Source: Polyangiaceae bacterium
GTDB taxonomy: Bacteria > Myxococcota_A > Polyangia > Polyangiales > Polyangiaceae
Assembly (NCBI GenBank): GCA_044376115.1
Contig: JBILLK010000004.1
Coordinates: 256,001 to 320,000 of the forward strand
Direction of reading: 5' to 3'
DNA: 64,000 nt
The translations under genes and the position numbers were made by a program. This document shows positions 9,218 through 16,739 of this stretch, piece after piece (positions within the stretch are counted from its first letter, which is position 1; the number at the start of each line of letters is the position of its first letter). The notes under the pieces are model-generated. The model had not been told where the DNA came from, did no database searches, and was given only the letters and a program-made list of their open reading frames with translations.

Positions 9218-9930
9218 TGTTCCTCGTCCTCAGCGCGCAGCCGGCCGGGAGCAGGACGCACGACAATCGGCGCTTCCTTTGGTCCGGAGCGGGCCATCGC
9301 GTTTTCGATATCGCTCTTGAGCCTGAGAGCGCTGCCCTTGTGCTCTGCAACGACCCAAGCCTCACGGCGCCCCATCAGCTGCTCGCCCAAACGGCTGATC
9401 ACACTCTGGCTGATCTTTGACTGACCCCCAAGCGCACGCAGCCGCGTGTAAACGAGCGGGCCGCCGGCGACCAACGTCTGACCAGCGTCAAACACAGGCA
9501 TCACGCCAAGAGTCTTTGCAACCGACATCACCTCGCGTCGCTCCCACAGGCCTTGCGCTTCCCAGGCGAGAGAGGCGCCGGCTTTGGGCAGCCGACCGAC
9601 CACCGCTTTGAGCCGCTCCACCGTTTGCGTGGTTGGGCGCACGTCGGTGGGCGTGGAGAGCAGAATCACCCGCGCCTCGAGCGTGGTCGCAACCGTGAGC
9701 GCGCTGTCGAGCGCCGCATCCATCTCCTTGCTCATCGCCAGCGAACCAACGATCGGCGGCAACACCACGCTGAAGGTGAAGCTTGGGTGCGTCGCCTTTC
9801 GCCAGGCGCGCAGCGTTGCAGGCTTGGGCAAAGCCGAGGGATTGGGACGCAGCTCGACCATGTCGAACTTGGACGCGTACTTCGCAATGTCCGAGCCTAG
9901 ATCGGAGAGGCCAACTTGAACGCGAACCAT
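9214..9930 (-). CDS. DUF72 domain-containing protein
   Basis: YASKFDMVEL, LRAWRKATHPSFTFSV, LAWE and VYTRLR fit the DUF72 pattern. Confidence 0.75.
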   Translation of the reverse strand: MVRVQVGLSDLGSDIAKYASKFDMVELRPNPSALPKPATLRAWRKATHPSFTFSVVLPPIVGSLAMSKEMDAALDSALTVATTLEARVILLSTPTDVRPTTQTVERLKAVVGRLPKAGASLAWEAQGLWERREVMSVAKTLGVMPVFDAGQTLVAGGPLVYTRLRALGGQSKISQSVISRLGEQLMGRREAWVVAEHKGSALRLKSDIENAMARSGPKEAPIVVRPAPGRLRAEDEEQ

Positions 9931-10013
9931 GTGTCAGCGCCCCTTACCGTATGTCATGCGCGAAGAATAGCGAACCACGTGCTCAACCTCTCTCCTCCGC
10001 TGAAAGCGGCCTA

Positions 10014-10142
10014 AATGACTCATGCCAAAGTCGAAGCCTTCGGCGGAATGACTCATACCAAGTCGAACGATCAACGGTGCCTTCGGCTGTCCTTTGTCAA
10101 GAGGGCTGAGTCATTCTTGTTGCCGCATCCACCTTTGGCGGA
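10014..10142. repeat. Intergenic modular repeat cluster (REP-like), locus 1
   Basis: Direct repeat AATGACTCAT(G/A)CCAA(A)GTCGAA at 10014-10035 and 10047-10067, inverted TGAGTCATTC at 10107-10116. Segment 10097-10142 matches 24661-24723. Confidence 0.7.
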
Positions 10143-10172
10143 GTCCTCAAAACCACGGTTGATGCGAAGCGC

Positions 10173-11084
10173 TCACTCAGGCTTTGCGGTGAAGTGAAAC
10201 CAGTCTTCTGGATTCTCTCTCACAAACGTGGCGATGTGCTTCGCGATCGCTCGTGCCGCTGAAGTGAGTTCTACGGGACTGGGACGTCGAGGCACTTGCA
10301 CAGGTTCGCTCACCTGAACGCGATACTCCAAGAAGCCCACTCTCTTGCCCAGAACCACGACGATCGGAGCTCCTGAGAGAGCCGCCAGCAAGAGTGGCCC
10401 TTCCGGTAGTTCCATCTTGATCTCTGGCTCGCCTTCTGAAGCAACATTCGCTTGCAGCCCGCGTTGGCCCTCCGGCACGCGATCCATTTGCAGCGCGACA
10501 ATGCCTCCCTTGCGAAGGTGGGCGAGCAGGGGCACGGCGGCGAGTGGATCATCGCCCAACAGAACGACCCGCAAACCGAGCCGCTCTCTTGCTTCCGCCT
10601 GAATGCGCTCGGCGCTCTGGTCACGTTCACGACGCATTACCACCAGCACTTCATCGGTGTAGACCGAGCCGAGCAGCGGTCCCGCGGCGTACCAACCACT
10701 GGTGTGCGCGGTTGCGACGATCACCCCGCGACCTGCTGCGCGCGCGGCCTGATAGTGCTCGTCGCCAACGATGGTGCCGGCGAGTTTGTCGTTGCGACCG
10801 CTCGCTGCGGCGAATGCCTCGGTCAGCGCCGAGGCGTAGTTGGCGAACAGCGAGTAGACGCCGGTTGGCGAGAGCGGTGCGCCCAGACGCAGCAGCTCCT
10901 TCTCGACGTTCTTTCGGATGCCGGGCATCAGCACGGCGCAGAGCACACCAAAAAACGGGGGGCTGTAGCGGACGAAGCTGGTTGGGCCGGCGCTCGCGCC
11001 TGCGCGCAACGCGCGCCGCCAGAACTCCGAATCCCGCCGCAGATCAGGGAGCTGCTGGCGAACACGATCGACCAGGGAGCTCAC
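10173..11084 (-). CDS. Lysophospholipid/lipid A acyltransferase family protein (LpxL/HtrB-like)
   Basis: GRGVIVATAH, LRKGGIVALQMDR, GPLLLAALSGAPIV and VRENPEDWF. Confidence 0.8.
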   Translation of the reverse strand: MSSLVDRVRQQLPDLRRDSEFWRRALRAGASAGPTSFVRYSPPFFGVLCAVLMPGIRKNVEKELLRLGAPLSPTGVYSLFANYASALTEAFAAASGRNDKLAGTIVGDEHYQAARAAGRGVIVATAHTSGWYAAGPLLGSVYTDEVLVVMRRERDQSAERIQAEARERLGLRVVLLGDDPLAAVPLLAHLRKGGIVALQMDRVPEGQRGLQANVASEGEPEIKMELPEGPLLLAALSGAPIVVVLGKRVGFLEYRVQVSEPVQVPRRPSPVELTSAARAIAKHIATFVRENPEDWFHFTAKPE

Positions 11085-12031
11085 GACTCTCGCCTCTGAA
11101 GCACCCGCTGAGCCGACCGTGCGAGGCCGTCTGCGCCGGCACGCCGCAACGGACTTCCCTTCGTCTTCGCGATGAACATTTCCTCATCGCCGGAGGCCAG
11201 CTGCTCGAGCGTGGTTTCACCCCAGATGGGCAGCGGACGAAACGGCTTTGGATCGTTCGTGCGGTTCACGGGCGCTCGATTGTAGGGGCAGACGGTTTGA
11301 CAATCGTCACAACCGAACAAGTGCTCGCCGATCTCCAAGCTCGTCTCAGTGAGCGGCGCTTCAATGGTCAGGTAAGCGATACACCTTCGTGGATCGAGCA
11401 CAAACGGCGCATCGAAGGCTTGCGTCGGGCACGCATCCAAACAGCGAGTGCACGACCCACAACGCTCCGCCATCGGGATGTCGGGAGGAAGCGCGAGGTT
11501 GGTAACGACCTCCGCAAGCAGCACCATGCTGCCCTGGCCCGGCACAATCAGCAGACCATTTTTGCCGACGAACCCAAGCCCCGCCCGCGCTGCCCACGCT
11601 CGTTCCAAGAGTGGCTCCTCATCGCAAAGAGGTCGTGCGCGCACGTCGTCGCCGAGCATGCGTACGAAGCGCGCAAGCGAGCGAACCTTCTTGCGCAAAT
11701 GGTTGTGGTAGTCCTGACCGCGCGCGTAACGGGCAACGAGTTTGGCGACGGCGGGGTCCGCGGCCTCATCCTCCGGGCTACGCTGGTAGCGCCGAGCCAG
11801 CGAAATGACCGTCTTGGCACCGTCGAGGATCAGCGGCGTATCCACGCGCTCGCGCGCGGCCGCAGAGTCCGCCAGGTAGTTCATCACGCCGTGCTTCCCG
11901 TCGGCGATGAACGCAAGGAAGCGCGCGTAGTCCTCGCTGAGGTGGTCATCCGCCTGCGCGAAGCCCACGGCATCGAAGCCGAGGGTTCGCGCGCGCTCTA
12001 TGATCTTGGTTTTGGCGTCGGCCGCCGTCAC
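11081..12031 (-). CDS. queG: tRNA epoxyqueuosine(34) reductase QueG
   Basis: ARYARGQDYH, ERAWAARAGLGFVGKN, CGSCTRCLDACPT and GCDDCQTVCPYN. GTG start overlaps the upstream stop. Confidence 0.95.
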   Translation of the reverse strand: MTAADAKTKIIERARTLGFDAVGFAQADDHLSEDYARFLAFIADGKHGVMNYLADSAAARERVDTPLILDGAKTVISLARRYQRSPEDEAADPAVAKLVARYARGQDYHNHLRKKVRSLARFVRMLGDDVRARPLCDEEPLLERAWAARAGLGFVGKNGLLIVPGQGSMVLLAEVVTNLALPPDIPMAERCGSCTRCLDACPTQAFDAPFVLDPRRCIAYLTIEAPLTETSLEIGEHLFGCDDCQTVCPYNRAPVNRTNDPKPFRPLPIWGETTLEQLASGDEEMFIAKTKGSPLRRAGADGLARSAQRVLQRRES

Positions 12032-13143
12032 GGAACTTGGTACGGACGCAGCCCCTTGAAGGTCACCGAGGTGACCGTATTCGGGTAGACCCAAACGCGG
12101 TGCTGACCAAGCGTGACGAACTCGCCGTTGACCAAGCCACCAGCTGCGACCGTAACGGGCCCCTCTTCGAGATCGAAGGCGGCGTAGAGACCAAGTTGGC
12201 TCGTCCCCCGAGCCGAATTGTCCGGGACAGGATTGGACTCGTTGCTCCCAAAGTAGTTGAACGCCCGGTAGAACTTGTCGACGCTGACAACGGCGTCGGT
12301 CAGCCGCACATCTCCACAGTCGTGAACCTCACCGGCGATCACGCCGTTGCCCGCCGTGATCTGCGTTCCCAGGGACGAAACCTGGGGGATGACGGTGTAA
12401 TCGTCTTCAGCAAGGGCACGCACGTCGCTGGTCCAGGAGCCGTCGACCACCTCGTCGTTGGGAATGTAGATGTTGTATTGAACCAGTGGCGCCCAGCGAG
12501 TGACACCGCTCGGGTTCTCGGTGCGGATCGCGAGTTCGGTCTCGCTGGGGACGCCCGGGTATTCGAATGGGCACTCCCAGCGCGCATCGCAATTGTCTGC
12601 TTCGCTCAGCTCGCCGATGTCGGTGCAATCGGCCGCCGTCACGACCGAGCTGCCCACAGCCTCTCCGAGCTGCCCGTCGGCTTGAACCCGGTGGACGGTG
12701 ATCTTCAGCTCTTTCGAGTTGCAGCCGCTGGAGAAGATGCGGGCGAAGCCCTTCATGGTCACATCCTGCGGAGCGCCCGGCTTGGCTGGATAGTTGGCGG
12801 CCTCGAAGCACGCCACGTCCGGCGGACCACTTCCGGCGAACTCCAACACGCCCGCACTCCTCGAAAGCTCTTCCGGTGGCTCAGCGAGCGCAACGCCGCA
12901 CACTTGGTTTGTCTTTCCGGTGCCTTCAATCAGCCCGCAGTCCAGCTCTCCGGGTGTGGCTTCGCAGAACTCCGAATTCTTCGCCACGGTGAGATTATCC
13001 GGGCATCCACCGCTGTTCCCGCCGGAACCTCCACCGCCGGTCGACGTCGACGAGCTGCTATCTCCGCACGCTGCGAGAGCGAGCGTTGCGAGTGAAGCGA
13101 GAACTAGGTTCTTGGGGACGGCGAAGAGGAAGGCGCGACTCAT
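12028..13143 (-). CDS. Cys-rich lipoprotein of unknown function
   Basis: ATG 13143, lipobox LAAC, Ser/Gly linker and beta-rich C-terminal region (GEVHDCGD). The ORF-track start at 13410 runs through a tRNA and is rejected. Confidence 0.75.
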   Translation of the reverse strand: MSRAFLFAVPKNLVLASLATLALAACGDSSSSTSTGGGGSGGNSGGCPDNLTVAKNSEFCEATPGELDCGLIEGTGKTNQVCGVALAEPPEELSRSAGVLEFAGSGPPDVACFEAANYPAKPGAPQDVTMKGFARIFSSGCNSKELKITVHRVQADGQLGEAVGSSVVTAADCTDIGELSEADNCDARWECPFEYPGVPSETELAIRTENPSGVTRWAPLVQYNIYIPNDEVVDGSWTSDVRALAEDDYTVIPQVSSLGTQITAGNGVIAGEVHDCGDVRLTDAVVSVDKFYRAFNYFGSNESNPVPDNSARGTSQLGLYAAFDLEEGPVTVAAGGLVNGEFVTLGQHRVWVYPNTVTSVTFKGLRPYQVP

Positions 13144-13303
13144 TGGCGGACGATTACAGAGCAGACCGTGGCCGACAAGGGCGAACGCGCGTGCCCATCG
13201 CGGATGCGAAACCCCGGTGGACGCGAAACCAGCGACGGAGCGCGTACCTGCGAGAAACGCGACCCACAAAAGCACAACCGGTCCTCGAAAACTCGAGAAC
13301 CGG

Positions 13304-13380
13304 TGGTGCCGAGGGAGGGAATCGAACCCCCGACCCGGCGCGTATGAAACGCCTGCTCTAGCCGACTGAGCTACCTCGGC
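13304..13380 (-). tRNA. tRNA-Met (CAT), probably elongator
   Basis: GCCGAGG acceptor stem, D-arm GCTC/GAGC, anticodon arm GGCGT-TTCATAC-GCGCC, T-loop TTCGATT and encoded CCA. G1-C72 is paired and there is no triple G-C anticodon stem, so it is not the initiator. Confidence 0.93.
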
Positions 13381-13408
13381 GGGACGCTTGGAAGCGACAC
13401 GGCGGCGC

Positions 13409-13437
13409 ACTATGAAGATCTCGCTTCACCTTGTCAA
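13409..13437 (-). promoter_or_regulatory. Sigma70-type promoter of the tRNA-Met gene with a GC-rich discriminator
   Basis: TTGACA, 17 bp, CATAGT, followed by GCGCCGCC. Confidence 0.65.
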
Positions 13438-13493
13438 CGACGCATTGGGCGATCTGCGATGAGACCCTTCGAGAACGGCGACCGCCGATAGCC

Positions 13494-14039
13494 ATGAGCA
13501 AACAACAAGCACCGGACAAGGCGACCCGCCTGGTCGAGATTGGCCGCATCACCAAAGCCCACGGCATCCGCGGGGAGGTGCGCGTAGTCCTCCACAACGC
13601 CGAAAGCACCTTGGTCGGTGAAGGCAGAAAGCTCATCGTTCGCCCTGCGCCGACGATCCCCGTGCAAGCGGATCGCACGCTGCGGGTATTGCGCGTCCGT
13701 GAGGCCCCTGGCGCGCTGATCGTCGCCTTCTCCGAGGTGTCCGACCGCGATCAAGCTGAGGCGCTGCACGGCAGCGGCGTGCTGCTCCGACGCGATGAGT
13801 TTCCGCCGCTCGACGAAGGGGAATTTTACGCCTGCGACGTCGAAGGAGCCGAGGTCTTCGGTCCCGACGGGGAGAAAGTGGGCACCACGTTAGCGCTCGT
13901 CGATTACCCGACGTGCTCGGTCTTGCGCGTGCAGAAGCTCGATCAATCGATCGTGGAGTACCCGCTGGTCGAGGCCGTCATTGGCTCGGTCGACGTGGCA
14001 GCGGGTCGAGTTACCTTGCTCGACGCGGAAGGGCTCTGA
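13494..14039 (+). CDS. rimM: 16S rRNA processing protein RimM
   Basis: IGRITKAHGIRGEVRV, DRDQAEALHG and PPLDEGEFY. Confidence 0.93.
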   Translation: MSKQQAPDKATRLVEIGRITKAHGIRGEVRVVLHNAESTLVGEGRKLIVRPAPTIPVQADRTLRVLRVREAPGALIVAFSEVSDRDQAEALHGSGVLLRRDEFPPLDEGEFYACDVEGAEVFGPDGEKVGTTLALVDYPTCSVLRVQKLDQSIVEYPLVEAVIGSVDVAAGRVTLLDAEGL

Positions 14040-14042
14040 GCG

Positions 14043-14753
14043 TTGATCATCTCGGTCATCACGTTGTTTCCAGAGCTCTTCACCACCTTCGCTGAGACCA
14101 GCATGGTCGGGCGCGGGCGCGAGAACGGAGCGCTCGAGCTTGTGTGTTACCAACTTCGCGAACACGGGCTGGGCAAACATCGGAACGTCGACGACACGCC
14201 GTATGGCGGTGGCAGTGGCATGGTGCTGCGGGTGGAGCCGATCGTGGCGGCGCTCGAAGCGGTGGACTCGGCCGCGCTCGAGGCTGGCAAGCCCAAAGCA
14301 CGAAGGATCCTGCTCACGCCGCAGGCGCCAAGGCTCGAGCAAGCTTGCGTGCGGCGTTTGGCGGGTGAGCCTCACCTCGCGCTCGTATGCGGCCGTTATG
14401 AGGGCTTCGACGAACGGGTGCGCAGCTTCATCGATGAGGAGGTATCGCTTGGAGACTTCGTCATGACTGGTGGCGAAGTCGCGGCGATGGCCCTGATCGA
14501 GGCCACGGTGCGGCTGCTTCCGAACGTGCTCGGCAATGAAGGCTCTGCAGCCAGCGAGTCGTTCAGTGATGAGCTCGAAGGCGGGCTCGAATACCCGCAT
14601 TACACACGTCCTGCCGAGTTTCGTGGCCTCTCGGTGCCGGCTGTGCTCGCCTCGGGCGATCACAGCAAGATCGCCGCGTGGCGACGCGAGCAATCGCGCA
14701 CTCGAACAAAAGACGGCCGGCCCGACCTCCTGCACCGCGACAAGACCCAATGA
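14043..14753 (+). CDS. trmD: tRNA (guanine37-N1)-methyltransferase TrmD
   Basis: VDDTPYGGGSGMV, CGRYEGFDER, SLGDFVMTGGE and LEYPHYTRP. Confidence 0.97.
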   Translation: MIISVITLFPELFTTFAETSMVGRGRENGALELVCYQLREHGLGKHRNVDDTPYGGGSGMVLRVEPIVAALEAVDSAALEAGKPKARRILLTPQAPRLEQACVRRLAGEPHLALVCGRYEGFDERVRSFIDEEVSLGDFVMTGGEVAAMALIEATVRLLPNVLGNEGSAASESFSDELEGGLEYPHYTRPAEFRGLSVPAVLASGDHSKIAAWRREQSRTRTKDGRPDLLHRDKTQ

Positions 14754-15313
14754 CCGACGTAAGCATCGTACTCCTGCATCACCCTGTCCTCGATCGCGAC
14801 GCCGAGGTGGTTACGACCGCGATCACCAACCTGGATGTGCACGACATCTCGCGCAGCGCACGCGCCTACGGCTGTCATTCCTTCTTCGTCGTCCATCCGG
14901 TGCACGCACAACGCGAGCTGTGCGACCGCATTCGTGAACATTGGGTGACCGGATCGGGGAAGCGACGCATCCCGGATCGCGCGCACGCGATTGAACTGGT
15001 TCGCACCGTCCCCAGCTTTGGCGACGTGATTGAGCAGCTCGGCGGGCGCGAACGGGTTCGTGTGTGGGCGACAGCCGCACAGTCGCGCGGACGCAGCATC
15101 ACCACCTTCGCCGACGCGCGAACCGCCGTGACCGAGGACGACCGACACCTCGTGATTCTGCTCGGCACCGGCTGGGGTCTCGCACCGCAATGCCTCGACG
15201 ACGCCGACCGTTTGATCGAGCCCATCGTGTCGGGCCGAGGGGACGGTTGGAATCACCTTTCGGTGCGGGCAGCATGTGCGATCGTCCTGGACCGGCTGCT
15301 CGGTCCGCGCTGA
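14750..15313 (+). CDS. TrmD-associated SPOUT-type RNA methyltransferase
   Basis: LLHHPV, TAITNLDVHDISRSARAYG, LGTGWGL and NHLSVRAACAIVLDRL. ATGA overlap with trmD. Confidence 0.85.
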   Translation: MTDVSIVLLHHPVLDRDAEVVTTAITNLDVHDISRSARAYGCHSFFVVHPVHAQRELCDRIREHWVTGSGKRRIPDRAHAIELVRTVPSFGDVIEQLGGRERVRVWATAAQSRGRSITTFADARTAVTEDDRHLVILLGTGWGLAPQCLDDADRLIEPIVSGRGDGWNHLSVRAACAIVLDRLLGPR

Positions 15314-15324
15314 TTGCTCGCTGA

Positions 15325-16647
15325 TTAGTCGGTTGGGCCGCTCTTCGGCTGTTTGGGTCGCACGGCGGGATTCACCGCCGAAAACGTCAGCGCGATGGTT
15401 AGCCGCGGACGAAGTTGGAGCGGTAGCGGCCCGTAGGGCGCGGCTTGCAGCACGGCACGTCGCACGTTCTCGTCGAACTCCGGGACGGTGCTGGCACGAG
15501 AGACGCGGGCCGAGCTAACTGAGCCGTCCACCTCGATCACCACCGTCACGATCGCTAGCCCGCTCTTGCCCTCGATGATGGCCGCCTTCGGAAAGGCGTC
15601 CGCCCAGAAGGGGTGGACCTTGCTTTGAACCGCGCGGACGTACGTAAGCTGCTCGACGTCACCTGCACCAACACCGCCCTTGCCGAGCGGCGTTGCCGAT
15701 TGCCCCGCCCCGCGTTCGCCGCCCGCACCAACAGCGCCTTTGGCGTTCTCGCCGCCGCGACCGACTCCCTTTGCACCACCCGCCGTGCTGGCGTGAAGCA
15801 ACGACGCCAGATTGGCTGCATCCGCCTGCTCCGATTCGATCGTGTCGCCCGCGCGCCCCTCATCGACCGAGGCAACCGACGGATCGGATAGGGCCGCAGC
15901 CGGTCTGGCTCGCGCATTATCGAAGGCGGTCGACGCGGCGCCACGCCGCGCGCGGCCGGGCAGGCCGAGCCCTGGAGACGCCTGCGTGGCCCCTTGTACG
16001 GCGGCGCCAGTGGAGCGGGTCATCTCGGTCGTGCCCGGGGTTCGCGTCGCCCCCAAGTCTGCCCCCAACGCGTTGCGAGCCTGCGAGGTGAGCACGCCGC
16101 TGGCAGGGTCGAAGCGCGCTTCGGGCCCGCGTTGTTCGCGCGAGCCAGAGTCCCCCATGGCCACGAAGGTGAGCTCCATCGGTTCGCGCGAGGCGCGGAA
16201 GTTCTCCCAGGAACGCCGAAGCCTCGCGGTGCGCAGACGATTGTGCTGACTCTGCGTGAGGCTCGTCATGGTGTTCGGCACGCGACTCAGCTTGTCGTCT
16301 TGATCCGCCAAGTTGATGGCGGCCTCCTGCGAGAGGCCATCCCCTCCCCGCCCCGACTTCCCCTGGTCGAGCCGCGCAACGGTGGCGCCAGCGCCTGCGA
16401 CCGCCGTTGGCGTCGAGGTGGCTGCGCTTCGCGCGGTCGCCGTGCCCATTGCTGGAGCAAGCTCAATCACAGTTAGGCTGCTCTCAGGCTGAGGCACCGA
16501 GGCGGGGTGCATCTGCAACCCCACCTGTCGCTCCCCGCTTCCCAGGTGAATGACGAGCAGCACGCCAAAGCCAATCACGAGATGACTAGCAACGCTGAGC
16601 AGCGATGCTGTCGTCAAGTCAAGCGATGGCCGAGCCGAGGAAGCCAC
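15325..16647 (-). CDS. TonB/TolA family energy transducer
   Basis: N-terminal TM with SxxxH (SVASH), Gly/Ala-rich linker and a C-terminal TonB-like domain (DGSVSSARVSRASTVPEFDENVRRAVLQAAPY). Start uncertain. Confidence 0.75.
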   Translation of the reverse strand: MASSARPSLDLTTASLLSVASHLVIGFGVLLVIHLGSGERQVGLQMHPASVPQPESSLTVIELAPAMGTATARSAATSTPTAVAGAGATVARLDQGKSGRGGDGLSQEAAINLADQDDKLSRVPNTMTSLTQSQHNRLRTARLRRSWENFRASREPMELTFVAMGDSGSREQRGPEARFDPASGVLTSQARNALGADLGATRTPGTTEMTRSTGAAVQGATQASPGLGLPGRARRGAASTAFDNARARPAAALSDPSVASVDEGRAGDTIESEQADAANLASLLHASTAGGAKGVGRGGENAKGAVGAGGERGAGQSATPLGKGGVGAGDVEQLTYVRAVQSKVHPFWADAFPKAAIIEGKSGLAIVTVVIEVDGSVSSARVSRASTVPEFDENVRRAVLQAAPYGPLPLQLRPRLTIALTFSAVNPAVRPKQPKSGPTD

Positions 16648-16739
16648 TCGATATTCTGGACCGCTTTGCGGGTGCTGACAACGTGCCCTGTTGAGAACAA
16701 TTGAGACCGCGCGCAGCCACAACCGTCTACATCTGGGCC

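Noticed and set aside
10544..12088. Long plus-strand ORF of 514 aa (also 12037-13095, 21146-22501, 32271-33365, 58348-59397 and 60139-61353)
   Set aside because: Antisense shadows of well-supported genes, expected in high-GC DNA, with no recognisable motifs.
13144..13410. N-terminal extension of the lipoprotein ORF given in the track
   Set aside because: It runs through the tRNA-Met gene; the signal peptide begins at ATG 13143.
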